Shown here piece by piece: positions 26,646 through 40,600 of a DNA stretch of 64,000 nucleotides. Under the pieces are notes generated by a model that worked only from the letters and a program-made list of their open reading frames with translations, did no database searches and was not told where the DNA came from. The position numbers and the translations under genes were made by a program. Source of the DNA: Balanoglossus misakiensis (taxonomy: Eukaryota > Animalia > Hemichordata). The stretch is from contig CM082582.2 of NCBI GenBank assembly GCA_040954595.2, positions 5,316,303 to 5,380,302 on the forward strand. Direction: 5' to 3'. The first letter of the stretch is position 1. Every line of letters starts with the position of its first letter.

Positions 26646-26943
26646 TTGTCAATCCAAGCATACGTGCCGTCTTTCAACATTTTCCGAAGGATACCGAATT
26701 CAGCGCCCTCAACGTCGAGTTTAAAGATCACATAATCGTCCTTGTTGACGTTCATCTGTATCCACGTTGACAAGTCCACAATGGGGATGACGTCATGGCG
26801 CGAAAGTTTTCTTTCTCCACCGTCTTCGTCATCCACACCTTCCTTACTGCTCACAAACAAGGATCCACCACCCCACTGCATGTCACGTTTTTTGTTGACT
26901 TTGCCAGGGAACCATGGCCCCTCGTTGTACGCTGTCATGGTCC
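26646..26943 (-). pseudogene. Orphan exon 3 of the methyltransferase gene (copy D) with a destroyed splice acceptor
   Basis: 298-bp exon, frame open, flanked by paralogous intron sequence (~26510-27905); acceptor reads atggcAT|GG versus atggcAG|GG in A/B/C; no other exons nearby. Confidence 0.88.
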
Positions 26944-27939
26944 ATGCCATAAAAATATCAATATATTTGTAATACACTGGGTAATTTTCAAACAAATTTG
27001 GAGGTACGGGGTGGGATTTAACACTGATACAGGTGTACTTTATCGAGACGCAACTTTCAATCCCTGGTTCTCACGTTTGTAGGTGCTCCTCCTAGTCAAA
27101 CAATTTAGGCTAACAGCTTACCACCTTAGCTAATATACCAGGTTCACATAGGGTAAACGTAAAATATCGTCTAGCCAGCTAGCTACATGAGTACTGTTTT
27201 TACAGGGAAATAGTAATTGTAGAGGACAGCGAGAGGTCAATCGCTCTGACAGCTTCGACGCTCGATTCAGGACTGTGTTATTTATTCACTGACACTGTGC
27301 CTTCAACCGCGTGTAATTGGACTCGCCGATAGCAACGTTAACAGAGCCGTAACACGCGGCCGACTTGGCTAGCTCGTGACGGGTACAATTTCCCTACATG
27401 ACTAGAGAGGGGTTCCTCTGCCTGAAATACACGTAGATCAAACTTGGGCCCGCCCGTCACCGAGTTCACTGATCGACAGAAGGACACATGCCATAGAGCC
27501 AACAAAAGCATTCCAAAAATGAACGACGGTTCACGGGGCTGTTATGTCTGTTTTCTAGTTTTTGTGCTTTCAATACTCAAAATGCTTGCTGTTGATATGC
27601 CTGTCATAGTAGATAGTATATTTTGATATTAAGTTCTTTGTTCATCGTTATGTTTTTCTTTTAGTATATACATCTTGTCCTCTATTTTGCTTTATCCTTT
27701 ATTTTTTTATTTTTGCCTGAGTCATTTTCTGTGTGTTTCGCCTGGGGGTGAGGCATGCAGATTCGGTCGACATGTTGTATAGACTTGGCTATAAATATTG
27801 GCGCCTTTGTTAGCGATCAATGCTGGTCACATTGACCCATGACCCCTGCCCGGCTCGGTCGACCTGTCTTAGAAAAAGCCTCAATAGCAGCTTGGCACCA
27901 TTTGGGCGTTTCAAGGTTATACCATAGTCTAGTCAATAT

Positions 27940-28380
27940 AGGGCTAGACCCGCCACAAATTGCAACAGAATTTTTTTCTTCAAAATGCATTTTGGAGAGG
28001 TGTCTAGAACAACATATTAAAAATGCACCCGAATATGTCTAATTTGCATAAATTTAATATTGGAGATTTTTGGGCCAAATACATGTATCAAGAAATGAAG
28101 GTTTTTTGTCACGATTTTAAAGTTTGAATGTGCGACAGCTTATCATACTCCGGCATATATAAAATGGTTCTTCATGCACATGAAATATGTTTAAACTTTA
28201 AAATCATGGAAAAAATAATGTGTATTTGGCCCAAAAATTTCCAATATTAAATTTATGCAAATTATAAATATTTCCACAAGGTGGATTCGGGTGCCTTTTG
28301 ATATGTTGTTCTAGACACCTCTCCAAAAGATATTCTGAAGAAAAATATTCTGTTGCAATTTGTGGTGGGTTAGGTGCCCA
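27940..28380. mobile_element. Foldback MITE with ~140-bp imperfect TIRs
   Basis: CCACAAATTGCAACAGAA...GGAGAGGTGTCTAGAACAACATAT mirrored at 28300-28365. Confidence 0.8.
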
Positions 28381-28479
28381 AATCTCGTAGTCTGAAAGCT
28401 TTGTATACAAACGGGGTCAAATGTCCATTTAGATTGAATTGCGTTTGTAGGCGGACTTCTCGCTTGCCAAGCCGGCCAC

Positions 28480-28592
28480 CGTGACATCATACACCAGCGG
28501 CCATACTGCATACATCATCAATTTGCATATTCAGAGCAGCAGTAACACAGACTCTGTTGACTCAAATCTGACCACAGCACCTGTCTTCAAAG
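28480..28592 (+). promoter_or_regulatory. Putative promoter and non-coding first exon of copy B (conserved at ~23735-23850 and ~44447-44555)
   Basis: Donor-like AG|GTAGGT at 28593 in all three upstream regions, acceptor ttttcag at 29338, octamer ATTTGCAT at 28521 and CRE-like GTGACATCA at 28481. No transcript evidence. Confidence 0.35.
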
Positions 28593-29035
28593 GTAGGTTT
28601 CACTTTAAATAATCGAATATACATTTTCTTTTATTTCATGTCTTTGAACTAAGCTTTTTTTTAAGTGATTCAAACTTGTGCACATTTTTTCTGAGTTGTT
28701 CATTATCTACCTGTAGGTGCGGCCTTGCTTTACGACGCACCATTCTTCCGCGCTGTTCTGCACAATGTTATTCTCATGGACAAAATGTAAACAAGTTCGA
28801 TCGTTCATAACTTGACGAATACACGCTGGAAAGCAACCGTTTTTTTCTTTATCTATATTTTCACTCAGTAGACAAACTAAGATCTCTGCGTAACGATCAG
28901 TTGTCGGGAATTGAACGACTTCAATGATATTCCTGACTACTATGTAATTTTTTTTTTAAACTCAGCCTGTGTTTTGTCATGTTGCCTATTTTATTTAAAA
29001 CGTTTAGTGATCTTCAAAAAATATTGGGTTCACAC

Positions 29036-29194
<159 letters not shown>

Positions 29195-29363
29195 ATTAAC
29201 ACTTCTCCGCAACCTTGAGCCACAGCGCCTATACATAAACTCTTTGGGCCTTCCCCTTGCCCATAAACAAACGTTAATGGTCAGGGCGTCGTCCATTATT
29301 TCTATATTATAATGCGTATGTGCAGTTTTTTTTTTCAGATAGGAAATAAGTAGTTCACCAGCA

Positions 29364-32195
29364 ATGGCAAAAGGGGGGCGGATTTGCATCATTTTCGCCA
29401 TGTTGGGAAGCTTTGCTCTGGGCTGTATGCTGGTTAACCTAGAAATACTGCGCTGTCCAAGAGACCGACGTAAGGCTGCCGTTGACATTACCGATCGCCA
29501 GAACACACTTACTATACCCCCGGCGCATGACAGGTAAAACACAGCTCATCTCGACATTGTGTGGACAGAAATTATCGTTTGCCCACGTCCTTGTGACGAC
29601 ACAAAAATTGCCCGCCCTTTGCCCACACTCTAACAAGGCTGATATATCATCCACTTGAAGGAGAATCAAAATTAATGAATTTATTATTATTTTAAAAAAT
29701 GGTTCAGACGTCTTCTTGTCAAATTTACTTTTAATAAACCCCATGTCGTCCGGCCACCAAAATTCAACACATCGAGGACAGTGTATGTGTGTGCATTGCA
29801 TTGCCTCAGCTAACATTCACTATTCAGTTAAAAAAACGCTAGATTTTGCTGTGTGGATCCCTATATTTGATTGAGCACATTTTGGAACTGGTCGAAAGTC
29901 GGTCGTTTTTCTTGCGAGGAAACTCGATTTTAATCAACTTATAAATGTACATTTGGAAAATTATAACCCAAAGTTATTTTTGCGACCAAAACATACACAG
30001 TGAAACCTGTCATTACGGACACCTCTCTATTAAGGGCAAATTTTTCAAGACAAAAGTCACAGTTTAAATAGAATATTACCTGTCTATTAAGGACAGCTGC
30101 TAATTTTTCGTTGAAATCGATCCTATTATTATTCGGATTATTAATTTCATTGTAGGACTCGGAAACCAAGAAAGATGTTTCTGGATTGTGGAGCCAACGT
30201 TGCTTCCACTGTCAATCTCTTTCGAGAAACATACCCGGATGCAGACGATTACATCATTCACTCGTTTGAGATAGATGCGGGGCTGGCGCCTTATTTTGCT
30301 TACTTTCGAGATAAAGGCCATACTCTTCACTGTCCTGTGGGCGTTTCGGATAAAAACGGTAAGATTGCTTGAAGGGTGATTTCATCATCATTGCTATGGA
30401 AGATGACATAAAAAATACTCTAGGCACGCAGTGCTTGAAGCTAGTATACCCTAGAGGAAGATCCCCTTCCTTCAGGGTCTATGGTTGAAGGGAGAAACTC
30501 GGCCAACTTTGGCGCTTTGACGTAGGTGGGAGAATTTTGTTTTTGTATAAAGATTACGTCACCAAAATCGATGTCGCTTTCTAAGATGTATTATAATTTT
30601 TATATCTGTGCAGCAGTGCCACAGATACAGTGACGTGATTGGCTGAGACGCCTTTTTTTAATTTATGCAAGCCATGGTTAAATTAAGCAGTAATAAAATT
30701 GGCTAATAAAATTGCTGGAATATCAGCATTACAGGTGTAATGAAAAATCTCATCAATCAAACGGATATAATCACCAATGTTTCTCCCCCGGACAAAGGCC
30801 GCTTGGGAGTCACCAATTAAGTAGGGCAAAACTTTCTCAATACGTTTAACAAGGCATCTTGAAGCAGGCTTCATGTCAACATTCATAAGGGAGATTGGTC
30901 TCCAATTTTTCAGATAGAGTTGATCCTTCCCAGGTTAAATCAATCAGAGTTATGACACTCTGTTTCTGAGAGTTTGAAAATTCCCCCGTTCTGTGATGTA
31001 ACCATGATTGAGAGAATTCAAAACTAAATTCCCCACCTGTGGCCAAAAAGCCACGTAAAATTATTTTGTAAGGCCATCATTGCCGGGGCTTTTGTTGTCT
31101 GGAAGGGAGAGAAGAACGTACAGAGAAAACTTCCCCAGGGGTCAAAGGACCCTCACACAAAACTTTATTATTCTCTGACAACATTGGTAAATTTTGCATC
31201 CAGGAAATAATGCACATCGTTGGAGTTTGTGGCGCGCCTTGAGTAAAGCTTGGCATAAAACTGCTTAATTCCACACAAAATATTCTTTGGGTTTTCTATA
31301 GTTGTATACTCATCTTTCTATACATATACTTTGTGTGTGTGGACGCAAGCGACTTTAAGGATTAATGCTCTGTTTTTACCATAGGAAAATAGTGTCTAAT
31401 TTTGTCCCCTGTCTGAACCTGGTATTATTAACAAACGCGCAAATGGTGCCAAGCTGCTAGTGAGGCTTTTTCTAAAACAGGTCGACCGAGTCGGCATGGG
31501 TCACTGGTCAACGTAACCAGCATTGGTCGCTTACAAAGGCGCCAATATATACAGCCAAGTCTATACAAAGTCGTACGCAGTATGTTCCATTCTTATCGAC
31601 AGGCACAGCAACTGCTATAGAGTCTAGTTTACAAACATCGCAACTGGCCTAAATTGTTTGGCTAGGAGAAGCACCTACTAATGCGAGAACCGGGGACTGA
31701 AAGTTACGTCTTTTAGTTTCCTCGATAAAGTACACATGTATCAGTGTTAAATCCTACCCCGTCCCTCCAAAATTGTTTGAAAATTACCGAGTGTTTGACA
31801 AATATATTGAGACTAAGTTTATTATTTTCATGGCAGGGACCATGACAGCGTACAACGAGGGGCCATGGTTCCCTGGCAAAGAAAACAAACAACGTGACAT
31901 GCAGTGGGGTGGTGGATCCTTGTTTGTGAGCAGTAAGGAAGGTGTGGATGACGAAGATGGCGGAAAAAGGAAACTTTCGCGCCATGACGTCATCCCCATT
32001 GTGGACTTGTCAACGTGGATACAGATGAACGTTAACAAGGACGATTATGTGATTTTTAAGCTCGACGTTGAGGGCGCTGAATTCGGTATCCTTCGGAAAA
32101 TGTTGAAAGACGGCACGTATGCTTGGATTGACAAGTAAGCTCGTATTTACGACTTGTGAATTTCCGTTCTTGTTCTTTTAGGTATATGTAATGTA

Positions 32196-32244
<49 letters not shown>

Positions 32245-34009
32245 GGGGGGGAGGGTATTGTCTGGATATTTTGTAAAAACCTGCCCAGTTTTCAATGAGT
32301 TGGGCAATGCAGGCTGCCTCGTCCGAAACCGGATTGCTCTGTTGAAATTGATAATATACAGTTGTGTATTGTCTCATAAAGGTTTTATGGAGAATATCAT
32401 TCGACGCACCCTACTGGCGAAACAAAAGAAGAAAAAATAAGAATCAAAGCCGAAGTTGCCAAGAAAATGCCTGGAATTATCAACTGGGCGGCAGAGAAGA
32501 AAGTTTATGGCGATTTTGACAATATTCATGCACCCAAGGTATTAAACTTTAGAATTTCATAAGGCATTTTAGTACATGGATTTGAACGGTTATGTCGATT
32601 TGCTGACTGCCCTGACAACGTGTAAACACTTATTATCCCTGATTGCGATTTTGTTTTCAGATTCCAAAGAAAACACCCGGTAAAGTAGGAGAAGTCATCA
32701 ACCGCTGCGGGAGAAACCGAGGAAAGCCCGCCGTGTCTGTTGTCATAGATGTGGGAATGAATGTCAAAAGGGCGCGGAAGTTGATCAGTAGCATAGGGGC
32801 ATACCCGGCTGACGTTCCGCTGACACTATTTGTGTTCGGAGACTTCGTGGAAGAATATCCGCGTCTTGTCAAAGAGTGGAGTGAAAAATACGAGATTGGG
32901 ATTCGATGTGATGGGCCCATGTCTCCGGGTCATTGGGAAAATCAGTATGACAATTCGATAAGATTGTCAGTCGTGAGTGCAGAGAGAAGACTGTCAGATA
33001 TTGGACTCCAAGCTCGGTATATTCTTCCCCCCGGGATGAGTGCGAGAGTTTCTGAGGTCATTACTCAAAGGGAGTTACGCCTTATACAACCAACTGCAGC
33101 CTTCCCGCCAAAAGGTAAAAATATTGAATGCAGTGAATGGTCGGATGGATGCATTAATGGTTAAATGAGTGATAACACCAACAAAATTAATCAATCAAAC
33201 AAATCAGCCAATCACTCGATCTGCTTGTCTGACCGAATGAACGAACGATTTCTTACCTGTAATTAAAGCCCTAACAGCTGCCATTTTGATTACTTTATCA
33301 ACCCCTCATTTCGGCTGACTATGTAAATATAAACAAGTTTTAAGATGGATATACTCAACGGCGGCGACGTTTTTCACGTCAGACAAGCTTAACATAAAAA
33401 CAGCCAATCAAGTGATTATCTTAAAACCAACAGTCCATGACCTTTAATGACCCCAACGTGACATTTACAAACTGGGATTTCGTTGGTATAAGTTTACCAT
33501 GTTCAGTTTTGAACTTAGGAGCAGTCAACCATATGATTGACTTTGTGAACATTCTATAACAAAAAAAAAAAAAATTATCTCCGGTATAAACAGATGGATG
33601 TTGTATATGTAACATTGCATGCAGGATGAATGATGTCATACCAACACAAAACCAGGATGTAAGGTCACTAAGGGGTCAAGAAGGCGGCCACAAATTATTG
33701 CGGGTTGGGGCCTTGTTAATTCAACAGTCATGTCACGTACATCTACTTCCCTAACAATAACTTAATACGTTTCTTTCAGATCCTAAATCGCCGGAGTTGA
33801 CATTTGAAAATTACCACCAATTCCGCGAAGTCGAGAAGGTGCCCAAGGCGCTGAAAATAATAGATGACGGTTTGCGCAATTCGACCGGTGGTATTTTGAG
33901 TTTGGACTCGGACTTCTATGACAATTACATGATATCCGTGTTTCTGCTTGATTACCTTTATCAGACGTCTGGCTTTTCAGTTCAAAAGCTATCCGAGTGC
34001 TTATCATGA
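29364..34009 (+). CDS. FkbM-family methyltransferase + NodB-like fusion protein, copy B (503 aa)
   Basis: Exons 29364-29533, 30156-30358, 31837-32134, 32382-32538, 32661-33114, 33780-34009 = 1512 nt, GT-AG, continuous frame from MAKGGRICIIFAMLGSFALGCMLV (signal anchor) to GFSVQKLSECLS*. Confidence 0.9.
30660..31215 (-). mobile_element. L1/Tx1-clade LINE reverse transcriptase fragment in intron 2 of copy B
   Basis: Frameshifted CEGPLT, KSPGNDGL, NWRPISLMNVDMK, LIGDSQAAFVRGRNIGDYIRLI; not seen in copies A or C. Confidence 0.85.
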
Positions 34010-35560
34010 TTTTTATTTCAGGTCATGTGGCCTCCGGCATAGATTAACAAACTGTTCAAAATGGCATACATGTCGCTATGCAAATGTTATATCAAGAAGG
34101 AAAGCTCACATATATGCAATCATTAGTTAAAGCTCCATCAGCTGTAGATTTTAAGCATTGTGTTACTGCAGTTCAGTTCTGTTGAAATTCCTGAAACATT
34201 ATGAAATTTCCCGTATTTACCATATCTACACAGTTTGTTTGTGTACATTAATCATTGCTATAGTGCCACATTTGAATTCAAGTCCGGAGTAAAATTCATC
34301 CGTCATATTCGCAGCCGCAGACTAAACGACATCCTCTTTTTAGTTAGGTGATTATCATACATCGATTGTCCACCATTCTTATTAAAAGCGTACGAATTAT
34401 GAATCACAAATGGCGTACATATTTTGTATAAGAGTGTTTTTTCACAATTTCCTTGCCTACCTTCAGCTACTCCAATTTCTCGGCAAAATCATGTTCAAGA
34501 CAGCGAATCTCATATATGGTCGGCAAATCAAAATGGAGGTTTTATGAGGGTCATTAAATCCCCAGGAATGTCATCAATTGTTTGACAATCCTGTAATCGG
34601 TGTGGTAGACCAAGAGTTTTTCGTTTGCTACAGCCGCCCGCCTGTGGCAAAACGTTGTGTGCCTCTCGGCTAAACGTATTCGAATCTTTATGCGGTTCAT
34701 AGATTATACCGTAAATTTCACTGGCAGAATGACAGACTTAACATCATCCGCTCATGTGCACACAGAAAGCACTGCACATGTTAAACTATCAAATATTAAG
34801 CAACCGTGTTCAGTGAAAAAAAAATCACAACTTGCACCTTTCAGACAGAACAAAAAGTAACACATACTTGTAGATAAGAACAGAAAATGTGGGGTGAATT
34901 GTGTCATTTGAATGAGTAAAAAGTGATTAAAAACACAAAAAGGGAGGGCGAGGTTAGCCTTAAAGGGACAAAGTCTCTCTCTCTCTGCCTTTTTTCCATT
35001 AATTATGTTTGATACAAGACACTGTTTATGTTATTCTACATGTGGATATATAGTGAATCAAGGTTCAACCACTTTCAAAATTAAAAATATTCACGGGGCC
35101 TCGATCGATACAAAATGGCGGCTCACTACGAAAATTTACAAAAGGTCAAAGTCCACCTCCCCCTCCCAAAGTTCTCGTAGATCCAGTACTTAAATCCGTA
35201 TTCCGCTAATAGCAGAAATTATAGATGACTTTTCAAAGCCTTCAATGATAGCACCACGATCATTTCGTAGTTTATCAAATGCTGATAAAAGCCAGTTTGC
35301 ATTAAGCGGTTTCAGTGTCGACAAAGCATTGTTATGCCACAACTAAATCTAGAAACTCCCCACACAACACATACATTTCACCATTGTTATACAAAACGGC
35401 CCATCCCAACCTACATTCCATCACTAGACTGTCGACAGTCCCTCGCGCCTAATGTGTATCTTTTTTGAGGGCCGAAGGCCCGATTCGGCGTTTCGTGCGA
35501 GGGCAGTAAGGCCCGTATCTTTTGAGGGCCGAAGGCCCGATTCGGCGTTTCGTGGTGCGT

Positions 35561-36422
35561 GGTAAGGTCCGGGGGACTGTTATAGCTTGTAACGCCCTCA
35601 CACGGCATTGTGGGGAAATTCACCTGTAACGCAACTGGCATGATTGACAGTTAAAGGGGAAATCCGCTGTAGCTGATTTCTACATAATTTGGTAGCTTTG
35701 ATGTCTCTCTTTCAGAAAAAAACATATTCGCCATGTATAGGTCGCGCGATTTTTTACAAAATCTAGGGAAAGTTGGCAGAATTTCCAATATGGCGTTTAC
35801 TGTAATTTGAATCATGGGAAAAAAAGCGCCAGGACCAACTTCCGCCCACCTTGGTGTGGGTGATACCATTTTCCGATTGGTGTCACTGTGTCACAAGCTA
35901 AGCGTATATGCATATTTTTCATGGGTTATAGCTCATGAAAACTGTCAATAGATCACAAATTTTCGACTTTGCTGATGATTGTTTATCAACTGATGCAACA
36001 AACAAACAATAGCTATGAAAATACGCCTAGTCTGTCGCCCAGTGACACCAATCGGAGAATGGTATCACCCACACCATGGTGGGCGGAAGTTGCTCCTGGC
36101 GCTTTTTTTCCCATGATTCAAATTACAGTAAACGCCATATTGGAAATTCTGGCAACTTTCCCTAGATTTTGTAAAAAATCGCGCGACCTATACATAGCGA
36201 ATATGTTTTTTTCTGAAAGAGTGACATCAAAGCTACCAAATTATGTAGAAATCAGCTACAGCGGATATACTCATTGACCAATCATATTGTCACGCAGTAT
36301 CGGGTCAACAGGTGACCTTTACGCCGCCCATATGCAAATTTTACTACGTCATTTTCTGCATGCATAATTATATCAAGGCAAGGCTTACAAGCTATAACAG
36401 TCCCTCGGGCCTTACGGCCCTC
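35561..36422. repeat. Outer inverted repeat pair enclosing the 35655 MITE
   Basis: GTAAGGTCCGGGGGACTGTTATAGCTTGTAA (35562) mirrored by TTACAAGCTATAACAGTCCCTCGGGCCTTAC (36385); GAGGGCCGAAGGCCCG motif tandemly duplicated at 35467/35524. Confidence 0.65.
35655..36266. mobile_element. Second copy of the 9948 Kolobok-like MITE family, ~235-bp TIRs, right tip lost
   Basis: ttaa|AGGGGAAATCCGCTGTAGCTG...; arm 35655-35890 mirrored at 36041-36266. Confidence 0.88.
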
Positions 36423-36434
36423 GCATACATACTG

Positions 36435-36435
<1 letters not shown>

Positions 36436-36465
<30 letters not shown>

Positions 36466-36507
36466 CATACATACATACATACATACATACATACATACAT
36501 ACATACA

Positions 36508-36539
<32 letters not shown>

Positions 36540-36610
36540 CATACATACATACATACATACATACATACATACATACATACATACATACATGCATACATGC
36601 ATACATACAT
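36436..36610. repeat. (TACA)n microsatellite
   Basis: Direct reading. Confidence 0.98.
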
Positions 36611-37653
36611 GTACAATGTTGTAATACACATGATATTTGCAAATGACCTCAATTTTATCAGTAGTACAAAATAGTTTTACAGCATTTGTTATGATCAAAT
36701 CGGTTTATGCATGGATCTGAAGGTTCGAAAACTGGGTTTACAATGACGAGCCCGAGCTACAGTAACTTTTTTCCCGTAGTTATCTCGATGTTTTCTATTC
36801 CTGAACTGGCAATGGGTTTCAAGCAAGCAATAAGACAACAAGGCATTGTATAAATTGATCCAACACATATGTAAATTTTATTTACTATCAGTTACCAACA
36901 GCAACACCACCACTACTACAAACATCATTTTTTGAACTCTAAAACGTAAAAATATTCTCCATTCTGCTTTTAAATATGCTGCTGAAAACTGATAGTTAAA
37001 ACCTGCTGTTGATTATACTACACATATACAGCAACGCATCAATTGTTGTTGTGGGACTAGTTAGATATACCAATTTAGTAGAAATATTTCGCAAAATCAT
37101 ATTTGAACCCGAGAGCTAAATGTATTCCCACTTTTTATTTTACCCTATACCAGTACAAATTCAAATTAAATGCACTTCTTTCATCTTATTCAATTATGTT
37201 TTTTCTATGAAAATTTGCTTAAAAAGGGGAATCAGCTGTGACTTTTGGCTTTATTTTCTGTATTTTTGTTCTGTGTACCAATTGCAATTTTTTGTTCTTC
37301 TTCAAACATCATAGTAACATACACAGTACTTTTCTTATCGACTTAGCCTGTGTGTGTGTAACGGCCACTGTTATTGTTGACAAATGAATTTCAAATTTGG
37401 CACAATAGCAATGCTGCATGTACACAAACTAACTGTGTAGATATGGTAAATACGGGAATTTGCATAATGTTTCAGGAATTTGAACAAGAACTGAATGGCA
37501 GTAACGCGACGCTAAAAACAGCAAACAAAGTATACAAATGTACACCTATAATGGAACTTTAACTAAGTATATTTGTATAGCGACCGTAGCTGTAGGCTAT
37601 TTTGAACAGTTTGTTAATCTACGATGCCGGAGGCCACATGAACTGAAATAAAA

Positions 37654-40600
37654 TCATGATAAGCATTCGGATAGCTTTTGAATTGAAAATTCGGACGTCT
37701 GATAAAGGTAATCAAAGAGAAAGACAGATATCGAGTAACTGTCACTGAAATCTGAGTCCAAACTCAAAATACCACCGGCCGAATTGCGTAAACTTTCATC
37801 TATTAGTTTCAGCGCCTTGGGCACCTTCTCGACTTCGCGGAATTGGTGGTAATTTTCAAATGTCAGCTTGGGTGATTTAGGATCTGAAAGAAACGTATTA
37901 AGTTATTGTTAGGGAAGTAGATGTACGTGACATGACTGTTGAATTAACAAGGCCCCAGACCGCAATAATTTGTGGCCGTCTTCTTGACCCCTTAGTGACC
38001 TTACATCCTGGTTTTGTGTTGGTATGACATCAATCCATCATGCATGCAATGTTACATATACAACATCCATCTGTTTATAACAGAGATAATTTATTTTTTG
38101 TTATAGAATGTTCACGAAGTTAACAATATGGTTGGCCACTCTTAAGCTTAAAACGAAAAATGATATACTCACAACAACGAAATCCCAGATTGTAAAGGTC
38201 ACGTTGGGGTCATTAAAGTGCATGGACTGTTGATTCTTAAGATAATCACAATATCGACTGCTATTATGTTTTGCTTGTCTGACGTGAAAAACGTCGCCTT
38301 TGAGTATAACCAGTTTCAAACTTGTTTATGTTTAAATAGTCAGCCGAAAAGAGTGGTTGATTATTAAATAATAACACATGATAGCGAGGGCAACACCACG
38401 ATTTGAAGCCTGCACGAGGGATGGTGATCTCTGACCATAATATTGATGATGCCCGAGTCCCAGGCGAGGATATCATCAATATTGTGGTCAGAGAGCACCA
38501 GCCCGAGGACAGGCTTCAAATCGTGATGTTGCCCGAGTAACAAACAAACAAACAAACAATCAAACAACCAGCCAAGTGATTGGCTGATTGTTTGATTGAT
38601 TAATTTTGTTGGTGTCATCATTCATTCAACCATTAATGCATTCATCTGTTCATTCACTGCATTTAAGTTTACCTTTTGGCGGGAAGGCTACAGTTGGTTG
38701 TATAAGGCGTAACTCCCTTTGAGTAATGACCTCAGAGACTCTCGCACTCATCCCGGGGGGAAGAATATACCGAGCTTGGAGTCCAATATCTGACAGTCTT
38801 CTCTCTGCACTCACGACTGACAACCTCAACGCATTCTCATACTGCATTTCCCAATGACCCGGAGGCATGGGCCCATCACATCGAATCCCGATCTCGTATT
38901 TTTCACTCCACTCTTTGACAAGACGTGGATATTCTTCCACGAAGTCTCCGAACACAAATAGTGTCAGCGGAACGTCAGCCGGGTATGCCCCTATGCTACT
39001 GATCAACTTCCGCGCCCTTTTGACATTCATTCCCACATCTATGACAACAGACACGACGGGCTTTCCTCGGTTTTTCCCGCAGCGGTTGATGACTTTTCCT
39101 ACTTTACCGGGTGTTTTCTTTGGAATCTGAAAACAAAATCGCAGACAGGGATAATAAGTGTTTACACGTTGTCAGGGCGGTCAGTAAATCGACATAATCG
39201 TTCATATCGATGTACTAAAATGTCTTATGAAATTTTAAACTTTCATACCTTGGGTGCGTGTACTTCGTCAAAATCGTCGTAAAGTTTTTTGTCTGCCTCC
39301 CAGTTGATGATGCCAGGCATTTTCTTGGCAACTTCGTCCATGATTCTTAATTTTTCTTCTTTTGTTTCGCCAGTAGGTTGCGACAAATGATAATCTCCAT
39401 AAAACCTTTATGAGACAAAACACAACACTGTGTGTTATCAATTTAAACCCAGCAATCCGTTTTCGGACGCGGCAGCCTGCATTGCTCATGCTCATTGAAA
39501 ACTGGGCAGGTTTGACAAAATATCCAGACAATACCCAACAATTAACAAACTATAAAATAAAGCTATAACATAATTTGGGATCATAATTGCTCAGCCCAGT
39601 AGCATACACACTCTATATATTTATCACTTTGTTTTGTTTTGATCGAATAATGACATAAATACCACGTTCTCCCAAAGTACAATGAATACTTATCTTTTTG
39701 TACGCATAATCGTGTTGTATTTGGATATTTTGTTATTGAAAAACCGAAGCGGGGAAAATTGGTAGGTTGACTGTCTGACAAATACCAATAACGGTAAAAT
39801 CGAAATAATATACGAATGAAGCGGTTGCAGGTAAATACATATGAATAAAAGAACAGGAGAAATTAACTAGTTGTAAATACTATAGTTCTTCGACACGACC
39901 GAGCTTACTTGTCAATCCAGGCACACGTGCCATCTTTCAGCATTTTCCGAAGGATGCCAAATTCAGCGCCCTCAACGTCGAGCTTAAAGATCACATAATC
40001 GTCCTTGTTAACGTTCATCTGTATCCACGTTGACAAGTCCACAATGGGGATGACGTCATGGCGGGAAAGTTTTCTGTTTCCACCATCTTCGTCATCAACA
40101 CCTTCCTTACTGCTCACAAACAAGGATCCACCACCCCACTGCATGTCACGATGATTGTTGATTTTGCCAGGGAACCATGGCCCCTCGTTGTACGCTGTCA
40201 TGGTCCCTGCCATGAAAATAATAAACTTAGTCTCAATATATTTGTCAAACACTCGGTAATTTTCAAACAATTTTGGAGGGACGGGGTAGGATTTAACACT
40301 GATACATGTGTACTTTATCGAGGAAACTAAAAGGCGCAACTTTCAATCCCTGGTTCTCGCACTAGTAGGTGCTTCTCCTAGCCAAACAATTTAGGCCAGT
40401 TGCGATGTTTGTAAACTAGACTCTATAGCAGTCGCTGTGCTATGTAACCCATGACCCATGCCGACTCGGTCGACCTTTTTTAGAAAAAGCCTCAATAGCA
40501 GCTTGGCACCATTTACGCGTTTGTTAAATAACACCAGGTTCAGACAGGGGACAAAATGAGACACTATTTCCCTATGGTAAAAACAGAGCATTAATCCTTA

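Noticed and set aside
33509-33560. Possible extra exon in intron 5 (ttag|GAGCAGTCAACC...)
   Set aside because: Hits a stop after ~12 codons; exon 5 splices in phase directly to 33780.
29364-34009. Bacterial contamination as the source of FkbM/NodB-like sequence
   Set aside because: Five GT-AG introns per copy, embedded among animal TEs and genes; ancient horizontal transfer remains untested.
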